In this document: in pieces, positions 45,740 to 54,092 of the stretch
Position numbering within the stretch: the stretch's first letter is position 1
Layout: every line of letters starts with the position of its first letter
DNA from: Thermoflexales bacterium
GTDB lineage: Bacteria; Chloroflexota; Anaerolineae; B4-G1; DUEL01
DNA length: 57,423 nucleotides
Direction: 5' to 3'
Assembly (NCBI GenBank): GCA_014360895.1
Contig: JACIWQ010000005.1
Location: forward strand, 1-57,423
Notes under the pieces: generated by a model
Told to the model about the DNA's origin: nothing
Databases searched by the model: none
The model's input: only the letters and a program-made list of their open reading frames with translations
Position numbers and translations under genes: made by a program

Positions 45740-48043
45740 ATGACGGATCACACGCACTCTGTTCTGGAGGCCTACTGCGTCCGCTGTAGAGAGAAGCGAC
45801 CATTGAAAGACCCCGAGCCGGTCTTCACCGCCGGGGGCCGCCCCGCCACGCGCGGCACCTGCCCGGTCTGCGGGACCGCCCTCTTCCGCATGGGTGCCAC
45901 GCCCGCCCATGAAGGGATGGACCCGCCCCCGCCCCCCAAACCGGAGGGCCGGCTGGTCATCGTGGAATCCCCCGCCAAGGCCCGCACCGTCGGCCGATTC
46001 CTGGGCAAGGGCTACACCGTCCGCGCCTCCGTCGGCCACGTCCGCGACCTGCTGCGCTCCTCCATGTCGGTGGACGTGGAGAACGACTTCAAACCCACCT
46101 ACCGGGTGCCCAAAGAGAAAAAGCAGGTGGTGAAGGAACTGGCGGAGGAGGTGAAGAAGGCCGCCGAGGTCTATCTCGCCACCGACCCGGACCGGGAGGG
46201 CGAGGCCATCGCCTGGCACCTGACCGAAGCGATCGGCATCCGCCCCCAGCAACTGCGCCGGGTTGTCTTCCACGAAATCACCCAGTCGGCCATAGAGGAG
46301 GCGTTCGCCCACCCGCGCGGGATTGACATGAACCTGGTCAACGCCCAGCAGGCGCGCCGTATCCTGGACCGACTGGTCGGTTACAGCCTGAGCCCGCTAT
46401 TGTGGCGCAAAGTCCGCAGCCGCCTCAGCGCCGGACGGGTCCAGTCCGTCGCCGTGCGGATGGTCGTGGAGCGGGAGCGGGAAATCCAGAACTTCGTCCC
46501 TGAAGAGTACTGGTCGGTCCAGGCCGAACTGGCCAAGCGGGAGGCCCGGCGCCGCTCCTTCCTGGCCAAACTCCACCGCATTCGTGGGGAAGAGGTCAAC
46601 CTGAAGGACGAACCGGCCACCCGCGCGGTGGTGGAGGAACTGGAGCGGGCCGTCTACGTCGTCGCCTCGGTCAAAGAGGGCCAGCGGAGACGACAACCCT
46701 CGCCGCCCTTCACCACCAGCACCATGCAACAGGAAGCGTCCCGGCGGCTGGGCTTTACCGCCACCCGCACCATGCGCATCGCCCAGCAACTCTACGAAGG
46801 GATTGACCTGGACGGGAGCGGGCCGGTGGGCCTCATCACGTACATGCGCACCGACTCCACCAACGTCGCCGAACAGGCGCAGGCGGAGGCGCGCCAGTAC
46901 ATCGCCCGCCGGTACGGAGAGAACTTCCTCCCCCCTCAGCCCCCCGTCTACAAGACCCGGACGAAGGGCGCGCAGGAGGCCCACGAGGCCATCCGCCCCA
47001 CCTCCGTCTTCCGGGAGCCGGAGGCCATCAAGGACCAATTGACCCGGGACCAGTATCGGCTCTATCAGTTAATCTGGCAGCGGTTTGTCGCCAGCCAGAT
47101 GCCCCCCGCGCTCTACGACACGATGACGGTGGAGATAGAGGCGGGCCCGGCCGAGGGCGAACGTCCCTACCTCTTCCGCGCCACCGGCTCCACGCTCCGG
47201 TTCCCCGGCTTCCTGATTGTGTACGAGGAGGCGAAGGACGAGGACGTGCAGGAAGAGGAGCCCGTCCAGCAAATCCCGCCGCTGACGGTCGGAGAGGTGC
47301 TGGACCTGGTGCGGCTCATCCCGGAACAGCACTTCACCCAGCCGCCGCCCCGCTACACCGAGGCGACGCTGGTTCGGGCACTGGAGGAATACGGCATCGG
47401 TCGCCCGTCCACCTACGCGCCCATCCTGGCGACGATCCAGCAGCGCGGGTACGTGCGCCGGGAGGGGAAGCGTCTGGTTCCCACCGAGACCGGCTTCCTG
47501 GTCAACGACCTGCTGGTGGAGCACTTCCCGGAGGTCATGGACTACGGCTTCACCGCGCAGATGGAGGAGCAGTTGGATGAGATTGCCGCCGGTCGGCAGG
47601 AATGGGTGCCGGTGGTGCGGGAGTTCTACCGCCCCTTCGCGCTCCAGGTGGCCCGGGCCGACCAGCGGATAGAGAAGGTGGAACTGGAATCGGCACAGGT
47701 GGGACGGGATTGTCCCGAATGCGGCGCGCCGCTCACCATCCGTTGGGGCCGGTACGGGAAGTTTATCGGCTGCTCCCGCTTCCCGGAGTGCCGCTACACC
47801 GAGCCCTGGCAGGAGCGGGTGGGCGTGACCTGCCCCCAATGCGGCGGCGACCTGGTGGAGAAGCGCACCCGCAAAGGACGGACGGGCTACGGCTGCATCA
47901 ACTACCCGACCTGCAACTTCTGGGTCTGGCAGCGGCCGCTGCCCACGCCGTGCCCGGCCTGCGGTGGCCTGATGACGGAAGCGCGCAAGGGGGTCGCGCG
48001 CTGCACCGCCTGCGGAGAGGAAGTACCACTGGCGGAGGAATAG
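45740..48043 (+). CDS. topA: DNA topoisomerase I with an extra N-terminal Zn-ribbon (DUF5679-like)
   Basis: LVIVESPAKA, DPDREGE, SAGRVQS, ITYMRTDS, AHEAIRPT, GIGRPST, C-terminal C4 zinc ribbons. Confidence 0.97.
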   Translation: MTDHTHSVLEAYCVRCREKRPLKDPEPVFTAGGRPATRGTCPVCGTALFRMGATPAHEGMDPPPPPKPEGRLVIVESPAKARTVGRFLGKGYTVRASVGHVRDLLRSSMSVDVENDFKPTYRVPKEKKQVVKELAEEVKKAAEVYLATDPDREGEAIAWHLTEAIGIRPQQLRRVVFHEITQSAIEEAFAHPRGIDMNLVNAQQARRILDRLVGYSLSPLLWRKVRSRLSAGRVQSVAVRMVVEREREIQNFVPEEYWSVQAELAKREARRRSFLAKLHRIRGEEVNLKDEPATRAVVEELERAVYVVASVKEGQRRRQPSPPFTTSTMQQEASRRLGFTATRTMRIAQQLYEGIDLDGSGPVGLITYMRTDSTNVAEQAQAEARQYIARRYGENFLPPQPPVYKTRTKGAQEAHEAIRPTSVFREPEAIKDQLTRDQYRLYQLIWQRFVASQMPPALYDTMTVEIEAGPAEGERPYLFRATGSTLRFPGFLIVYEEAKDEDVQEEEPVQQIPPLTVGEVLDLVRLIPEQHFTQPPPRYTEATLVRALEEYGIGRPSTYAPILATIQQRGYVRREGKRLVPTETGFLVNDLLVEHFPEVMDYGFTAQMEEQLDEIAAGRQEWVPVVREFYRPFALQVARADQRIEKVELESAQVGRDCPECGAPLTIRWGRYGKFIGCSRFPECRYTEPWQERVGVTCPQCGGDLVEKRTRKGRTGYGCINYPTCNFWVWQRPLPTPCPACGGLMTEARKGVARCTACGEEVPLAEE

Positions 48044-48063
48044 GACACGGATTGGCTATCTGA

Positions 48064-48346
48064 CAGCTGCTTCGCCCGGCGGTGAACTGCGAAGCCCCTT
48101 CGGGGGCTTTGGGATAGCCCGAGGGGCCTCGCCCCGTGGAGCTTTGCATCCTGAGCCCGACTGTTTTGCGACTTGAAAAATGAATCCGGCAATCTGCCGT
48201 TTTTCGCCCTCACCCCTCCCCTTGCCTCGGGCGAGCGATGTCATCGCGAGCGGAGCGAAGCGACCTCGGCGTGGCCCTCCCGCTCGCCTGCTTCGCTTGC
48301 AGTGACATTCTTCGGCGGCGGGCGAGGGGAGGGGAAATGGGTGGGG
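48064..48346. repeat. Mosaic of nested REP-like palindromes
   Basis: CCCCTCCCCTTGCC (48213) / GGCGAGGGGAGGGG (48321) enclosing an ATGTCA..GCGAG / CTTGCAGTGACAT element; upstream modules shared with 38562 and 44385. Confidence 0.7.
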
Positions 48347-48374
48347 GTTTGGTGCCCTACCAGAAAGGAGCCCA

Positions 48375-48656
48375 ATGGCCCAGGAACCTCCCGATAACGG
48401 CTACACGGTGGTGGTCCGCGTCATCCGGCAGGAGGGCCACTGCGCCGCCGGCCATCAGGTCGGCGACGAGGTGGTCTTTGACGGGATGACCGTCCAGGGC
48501 AAAATCTGCATCAGCGCCCTCTACTCCTTCCTGCCCAAAGTCTTCGCCATGCGCTACGGGGCGACCTTCCCCTGGCTGGAGGACCCGGACGTCGCCACCC
48601 ACGCCTGCCCCGACGCCTGGAATCCCGTCGTCTTTGAGATTCGGCGCGTGCGGTGA
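48375..48656 (+). CDS. TIGR04076-family small Cys protein
   Basis: G.C.AGH.VGD, C..A, CPD..NPVVFEI. Confidence 0.8.
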   Translation: MAQEPPDNGYTVVVRVIRQEGHCAAGHQVGDEVVFDGMTVQGKICISALYSFLPKVFAMRYGATFPWLEDPDVATHACPDAWNPVVFEIRRVR

Positions 48657-49672
48657 AGCAGCAGACCCTCTGGACCCTCTGCCTGCTCCTGCTGCTGGCG
48701 GCCTGCCGGGCCCCTGGCGCGACCCGCCCGACGGTCAAAATCGGGCTGGTCGCCCCCTTTGAGGGCCGCTACCGCTCCGTGGGCTACGGCCTCTTCGCCG
48801 CCGTCCGGCTGGCCCTGCGGGAGGCCAACGCGGCCGGTGGGATCGGGCATCCCCCCTACTCCGTAGAACTGGTCGCCTACGACGACGGCGCCGACCCCGA
48901 GATGGCCCGTCAGCAGGCGGAGAAACTGGCCGTAGACCCACAGGTTGTGGCCGTCATCGGCCATTTCCGGGAAGGGACGACGCGCGCCGCCCTCCCTGTC
49001 TACGCCCGCGAGAGGTTGCCGCTCCTGGCCCCTGCGGTACTGGACCCGGCGCTGACCTCCGGGCCGGGGACGGTAGTCCGCATCGGCCCGGACGCGGACG
49101 CGCTGGCCGCCCGGATGCTGGAAGGCGTGACAGAGGCCGGGCTGATTACCGACGGCGGCCCGCTGGGGGCAGCGTTGGAGCGCGTGGCGGCGGCGCGCGG
49201 GATTCCCCTCCGACCCGTCGGCCCGCCTGCCGACGCAGCCCGCTGGAGCGACCTCCCGCCCGTCCTCTTCTGCGACGCGCCGCCCGTGGATTGCGGCGAG
49301 GTACTGGTCGCCCTGCGCGCTCGCGGCTGGGAGGGGGAGTTTGTGGGTGGGCCGGACCTGGCTGCCGACGAGTTCCGGGCCATCGCCGGGGACGCGGCCG
49401 CCGGTGTCCGCGCGGTCACCCCCTGGCCCTACCCCCAGAGCCTGCCCGCCTGCGCCGACTTCGTCGCCGCCTGCACCGAAATCTCCCTGGGCATCCCCCC
49501 CGGCGACATGGCGCTACCCGCGTACGCGGCGGCCCAGCGCGCCCTCCGCGCAGTGGAGTGGGCCATCGCGCGGGACGGCAGACCCTCCCGTCCCGGCGTC
49601 GCCGCCGCCCTGACCGCCCTGGCCGCCGAACCCTTCATCTACCCTTGCGGAGAATGGACGACGACCCCCTGA
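48653..49672 (+). CDS. Branched-chain amino-acid ABC-type substrate-binding lipoprotein
   Basis: Lipobox LAAC; VKIGLVAPFEG, ELVAYDD, DPQVVAVIGH. Confidence 0.82.
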   Translation: MKQQTLWTLCLLLLLAACRAPGATRPTVKIGLVAPFEGRYRSVGYGLFAAVRLALREANAAGGIGHPPYSVELVAYDDGADPEMARQQAEKLAVDPQVVAVIGHFREGTTRAALPVYARERLPLLAPAVLDPALTSGPGTVVRIGPDADALAARMLEGVTEAGLITDGGPLGAALERVAAARGIPLRPVGPPADAARWSDLPPVLFCDAPPVDCGEVLVALRARGWEGEFVGGPDLAADEFRAIAGDAAAGVRAVTPWPYPQSLPACADFVAACTEISLGIPPGDMALPAYAAAQRALRAVEWAIARDGRPSRPGVAAALTALAAEPFIYPCGEWTTTP

Positions 49673-50919
49673 CCACTGCCGACTATCCCCTTCCGGCTGC
49701 CGACTATCCCCTTCCGGCTGCCGACTATCCCCTTTCGGCTACCGGCTTTCTTCACCTGGCCCTGCTGGGCAGCGAGATTCTGGCCCGCATCCCGCCTCTT
49801 TCGGTATCCCCCGCGCTGGCGGGGATCGCCGCCATCGGCGCCTGGCCCTGGGGTCAGCCGTCCCTCCAGGCGGCGGTGGGCCTCTGCCTGGGGGCCGCCA
49901 TCCTGGGGGACGGGGTCTCCCTGGCCCTGCTGCCCCGCAAGGGCCGGTCGTTTGGCCCGGTCACGCCGCCCCTGCTGGCCCTGGCCCTCCTGCGGGCCGC
50001 GCTGGCCTTCGGCCTGGGCGCGCTCTCGCCGACCGTCGCCGGGGCCGTCCTGACGGTCATCCTCCAGGCCGGCATCACTGCCCTCCACCTCTACGCCACC
50101 TGGGTGGAGCCGTTCCGCCTGACCGTCACTTCGCTGGAAATCCCGTCCCCCAAACTGCAGAGCGGGGAATCGCTGCGGGTGCTCCACCTCTCGGACATCC
50201 ACTTTGAAGGCTGGACCCCCCGGGAGCGGCAGTTGCTGGAGACCGTCCGGGCGCTCGCCCCCGACCTGATTTTTCTGACGGGCGACTATCTGAACCTTTC
50301 CTCGGTGGATGACGGTCCCGCCCGCCAGGGGGTGCGGGACCTGCTGGCCCAACTAGCCGCGGTCGCCCCGACCTGGGCCGTTATCGGCAGCCCGCCCGTG
50401 GACCGTCCGGACGTCGTCCCCCAAATCTTCGCCGGACTCCCGATCACCTGGCTGGTGGACGACGTGGCGGAAGTGGCGGTGAAAGGCCACTCCTTCCGGC
50501 TGATCGGGGTCCGCTGTACGGCCGACCATCGGCGGGACGGGGAACGATTGCGGCGGTTGCTGGAAAGCGTGTCCTCCCACCTCACCCCTGACGGCGCAAA
50601 GGAGGGAGGAGCGGGGAAATTCCAAATCCTCCTCTACCACTCCCCGGACCTCTTCCCGGTGGCGGCGGAGTTGGGGATAGACCTGCATCTGGCGGGGCAC
50701 ACGCACGGCGGACAACTCCGTCTGCCTCTCTTCGGCGCCCTGGTCACCAGTTCGGCCTTCTGGAAACGGTACGAGGCCGGGCTCTATCGCCACAGCCGGT
50801 CCACCCTCTATGTGAGCCGGGGGATCGGGGTGGAGGGGAAGGGAGCACCCCGGGCCCGCTTCCTGGCCCCGCCGGAAATCGTCCTCTTGGAACTGGGAGG
50901 CATATGCACACCTTCCTGA
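49654..50919 (+). CDS. Membrane-anchored metallophosphoesterase (YkuE-like)
   Basis: HLSDIH, TGDY, LYHSPD, AGHTHGGQ, VSRGIG, PEI; N-terminal TM helices. Confidence 0.88.
   Translation: MDDDPLTTADYPLPAADYPLPAADYPLSATGFLHLALLGSEILARIPPLSVSPALAGIAAIGAWPWGQPSLQAAVGLCLGAAILGDGVSLALLPRKGRSFGPVTPPLLALALLRAALAFGLGALSPTVAGAVLTVILQAGITALHLYATWVEPFRLTVTSLEIPSPKLQSGESLRVLHLSDIHFEGWTPRERQLLETVRALAPDLIFLTGDYLNLSSVDDGPARQGVRDLLAQLAAVAPTWAVIGSPPVDRPDVVPQIFAGLPITWLVDDVAEVAVKGHSFRLIGVRCTADHRRDGERLRRLLESVSSHLTPDGAKEGGAGKFQILLYHSPDLFPVAAELGIDLHLAGHTHGGQLRLPLFGALVTSSAFWKRYEAGLYRHSRSTLYVSRGIGVEGKGAPRARFLAPPEIVLLELGGICTPS
49676..49738 (+). repeat. 21-bp tandem repeat x3, translated as ADYPLPA
   Basis: CTGCCGACTATCCCCTT(C/T)CGG at 49676, 49697 and 49718. 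Confidence 0.93.
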
Positions 50920-52064
50920 CCCACCTGGAATGCTCTCTCTGCGGCAAGACGTATGACGCTGACCGTCTCTGGCAGGCCTGCCCCGATTGCGGGCGGCCGC
51001 TCCTGGCCCGCTACGACTTGGATGCGGCGCGGCAGCTGGGGCGGGAGCGCCTGATCGGCTCCGAGCCGTCCCTCTGGCGCTACCGGGCCCTCCTGCCGGT
51101 GCGGGACGAAGCCCACATCGTCACCCTGGGCGAGGGGTTCACCCCCCTGCTCCCTGCCCGGCGGCTGGGCGCGGAACTGGGGATGCCCCGTCTCTACATC
51201 AAGGAAGAAAGCCTCAATCCGACCGGTTCCTTCAAAGCGCGCGGGCTGGCCGTGGCCGTCTCCCGGGCCCGGGAACTGGGGGTACGGGAGATGGTCATCC
51301 CGTCGGCGGGGAATGCGGCCGGGGCGGCCGCCGCCTACGCCGCCCGCGCGGGCCTCCCCCTCCACGTCTTCATGCCCCGCGACGTCCCGGCCCCCTTCCT
51401 GGCGGAATGTCGCGCCCTGGGCGCAGACATCGCGCTGGTGGACGGCCTCATCACCGACTGCGGTCGGGAGGCCCGACGGCTGGCGGCGGAGCATGGCTGG
51501 TTTGACCTCTCCACCCTGAAGGAGCCATACCGGCTGGAGGGGAAAAAGACGATGGGGTACGAACTGGCCGAACAGTTGAGCTGGGACCTGCCCGACGTCA
51601 TCATCTACCCCACCGGGGGCGGGACCGGGCTGGTGGGGATGTGGAAGGCGTTTGAGGAGATGGCCCAACTGGGCTGGATTGGAGACCGTCGCCCGCGCAT
51701 GGTGACGGTCCAGAGCACGGGCTGTGCGCCGATGGTGCGGGCGTTCCACGCCGGAGCGGAGTTCGCCGCCCCCTGGGAGGCCGCCCAGACCGTCGCGGCC
51801 GGACTGCGGGTGCCGGCAGCGGTGGGGGATTTCCTCATCCTGCGGGCGTTGCGGGAAAGCGGTGGGACCGCCATCGCCGTCTCCGACGAGGCGCTGCTGG
51901 AAGCCCAGAAGTGGCTGGGCCGGACGGAGGGGGTTTTCGCCTGTCCGGAGGGCGGCGCGACGCTGGCCGCGCTGAAGGCACTGCTGGAGGAGGGTTGGAT
52001 AGACCCCGGTGAGCGGGTCGTCCTCTTCAACACCGGCAGCGGGCTGAAGTATCCCTTGCTGTAG
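50904..52064 (+). CDS. thrC: Threonine synthase (PLP fold II, N-terminal Zn ribbon)
   Basis: TLGEGFTPL, NPTGSFKARG, SAGNA, EGKKT, PTGGGTG, NTGSGLKY. Confidence 0.88.
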   Translation: MHTFLTHLECSLCGKTYDADRLWQACPDCGRPLLARYDLDAARQLGRERLIGSEPSLWRYRALLPVRDEAHIVTLGEGFTPLLPARRLGAELGMPRLYIKEESLNPTGSFKARGLAVAVSRARELGVREMVIPSAGNAAGAAAAYAARAGLPLHVFMPRDVPAPFLAECRALGADIALVDGLITDCGREARRLAAEHGWFDLSTLKEPYRLEGKKTMGYELAEQLSWDLPDVIIYPTGGGTGLVGMWKAFEEMAQLGWIGDRRPRMVTVQSTGCAPMVRAFHAGAEFAAPWEAAQTVAAGLRVPAAVGDFLILRALRESGGTAIAVSDEALLEAQKWLGRTEGVFACPEGGATLAALKALLEEGWIDPGERVVLFNTGSGLKYPLL

Positions 52065-52088
52065 AACCCATTGTCGGGATGCTGGAGG

Positions 52089-52150
52089 TGGGAGCAGAGG
52101 GCGGAGAGAGCACGGCCCCCTCCGCTCCTCCGCCCCTCCGTTCCCCTGCT
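52089..52150. repeat. 8-mer-family hairpin between convergent genes, possible terminator
   Basis: GGGAGCAGAGGGCGGAGAGAGC...CTCCGCTCCTCCGCCCCTCCGTTCCCCTGCTC. Confidence 0.6.
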
Positions 52151-52440
52151 CAGTAGTTCCGCAGCACCAGGGGGAGGTAGACGCGGTACTGCACTGCCAC
52201 GCCGCTCCAGAAGCCACCGACCAGGGTGTAGCCTCCACCGGTCAAGGCAACCCCCGCCTCCGGCTGGCCGACGGTGCCGCCCAGAGCGTAGGCGCCGCCC
52301 GTGCTCCAGGTATAGCCCCCGCCGTCCACCGTGCTCCAGGTCAGGTCGTAGCCGCCGGTCTGGGCCAGGGCGACGGGGGCCAGAAGGGCGAGGAGGGCAA
52401 GCAGGAGTGAGGCGTGAAGCGTGAAACGTGAAGCGTTCAT
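52150..52440 (-). CDS. Small secreted Gly-rich protein with a VYLPLVLR tail
   Basis: Signal peptide ALA-Q; YDLTWSTVDGGG...GTVGQP...GGFW; C-terminal YRVYLPLVLRNY. Confidence 0.8.
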   Translation of the reverse strand: MNASRFTLHASLLLALLALLAPVALAQTGGYDLTWSTVDGGGYTWSTGGAYALGGTVGQPEAGVALTGGGYTLVGGFWSGVAVQYRVYLPLVLRNY

Positions 52441-52450
52441 CGCTGCCCTC

Positions 52451-53890
52451 CTACCAGGAGACCTCCACCGTGCGCACGGTGGCGACCCAGCGGATGGTCT
52501 CCCCGTTGCCCTGGACCTGGATGAAGAGCGCGTCATAGCTGTTGCTGGCCACGGCCTGAGCGTTCCAGGCGGCGTCGTCTTCGCCGAGAAGCGTCACAGA
52601 GGGCGAGCCGACAAAGGCCGTTGTTCCGCCGACGTTCTCGATGAGCCCGCGGATCAGGTAGCCGGCAGACTCGCCGGCCTCCGTGCGGCCCACCACCAGG
52701 GCGTCAAAAGCAACGGCGCGGCCCGGAGCGATGGTGAGGTATCCTAACGAACCGCCCTCATTGCCATTGAGATACAGGTCGTACCAGTTGCCGGCCGTGC
52801 AGGCCCGCTCAATGCGCATCACATAGAGTGAGGTCTGGGCGTTGCCAGCGGTGGCTCCGAATGTCCCACTGGCGTAGGCCATCTCGCCATAGTGAGAGGC
52901 CGTGGCGCCATAGCCGCCGGGGACGGTGGCAAAATCGCCGCTGGCGGTATTATTGAGACCCCCGCCGACGGTGGCGCCGACGTCGGCTGGCATGTTGTAG
53001 ATTCCCCCGCCGACGGTTGTGTGAAGGCCGCTGGCGGCGTTGCCAATCCCTCCGCTGACCGTGGCGCCTGTGTCGCCGTTGGCTGTGTTGTTGTAGCCTC
53101 CGCCAACGGTGGCGTACAGGCCGCTGGCAGTGTTGCTCATGCCTCCGCCGACGGTGGCGGACTGACCACTGGCAATGTTCTCCGCGCCCCCGCCGACGGT
53201 GGCGTACATGGCGTCGTCTGTCATGTCATTGTCGTTGCCTGCCTGATTGTCTTCCCCGCCGCCTATTGTGCCCAGGCTGTCGGTGATGCGGTTGGGATAG
53301 CTTGAAAAGATCAATCTGCCCCCGCCGCTGATGGTAGCGCCTACTACCCCCCACTGCACGTAATTGCCGCTGTAGCCGCCGATGATATTGGGGCTGACGT
53401 CGTTCTGCTGCGTCCGCAGTCCCGGCAGCGCCAGCGCATAGGGCGCTGGGGTCAGCGGCTGGCGGGGAGAAAGCACATAACCCGAATCTCCGGCACATTT
53501 GATGGTAATCTGCAGCCAGCGGGCATCGCCGTTGAAGGCTCCAGCGCCGAAGTCCAGGTCGGGAATGGTGAAGAGACCGTTGGTCACCTGGACGCCCGTT
53601 TTGGTCTGAGGTGTGCCAATCTGGTTGCCACCTGTGGGGGGCGAGCCAGTGCCAGCGGCATCCCACAAACTGAACTGAAATTCACAGGTGCCGCTATACG
53701 GGGTGCCGCCCTTCTTCAGGTAACCCTGGTAGGTGAAGGCGGTGCCCATAAGGGCCGGGCCGCTCACCTCTCCTTGAGGCTGCCCACCTCCTGTGGGCGG
53801 CTCCGGCCCCTGGGCCTGGGAAAGCCCCACCGCCAGCGCCAGCACGGGCACCGCCACGATGCTCCCCAAAAGGGTCCACTTGCCCTTCAT
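52451..53890 (-). CDS. Secreted protein with a TAFTYQG domain and (A/T)TVGGG-NxAxG repeats (beta-roll, adhesin-like)
   Basis: Signal peptide; FTYQGYL, DFG..AF.G.ARWL, PRQPLTPAPYAL; 14-aa Gly-rich repeats; AGGAGGT RBS. Confidence 0.8.
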   Translation of the reverse strand: MKGKWTLLGSIVAVPVLALAVGLSQAQGPEPPTGGGQPQGEVSGPALMGTAFTYQGYLKKGGTPYSGTCEFQFSLWDAAGTGSPPTGGNQIGTPQTKTGVQVTNGLFTIPDLDFGAGAFNGDARWLQITIKCAGDSGYVLSPRQPLTPAPYALALPGLRTQQNDVSPNIIGGYSGNYVQWGVVGATISGGGRLIFSSYPNRITDSLGTIGGGEDNQAGNDNDMTDDAMYATVGGGAENIASGQSATVGGGMSNTASGLYATVGGGYNNTANGDTGATVSGGIGNAASGLHTTVGGGIYNMPADVGATVGGGLNNTASGDFATVPGGYGATASHYGEMAYASGTFGATAGNAQTSLYVMRIERACTAGNWYDLYLNGNEGGSLGYLTIAPGRAVAFDALVVGRTEAGESAGYLIRGLIENVGGTTAFVGSPSVTLLGEDDAAWNAQAVASNSYDALFIQVQGNGETIRWVATVRTVEVSW

Positions 53891-54092
53891 TCTGCACCTC
53901 CTGAAGTGGATTTCTTGGAGAGAACGCTTTGGAATCTGGACTGACGGGTCATCGCGTATCGCTGATCGCATAGCGCCTGTCGGGGTCGCTATGTGCTCTC
54001 CTTTCGCACTTCACAGACTCGCGCTTCCTGCGCGAATTGCACTTTCTACCCCCGTTCTTGGGAACGTTGCCGGATGGCCGTCGCCTGGACAA

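Noticed and set aside
49291-49653. N-terminal extension of the 542-aa ORF
   Set aside because: Arg/Pro-rich off-frame read of the upstream binding-protein gene
52920-53210. 42-bp periodicity as a non-coding array or DGR template
   Set aside because: Explained by the 14-aa TVGGG protein repeats; no reverse transcriptase in the window
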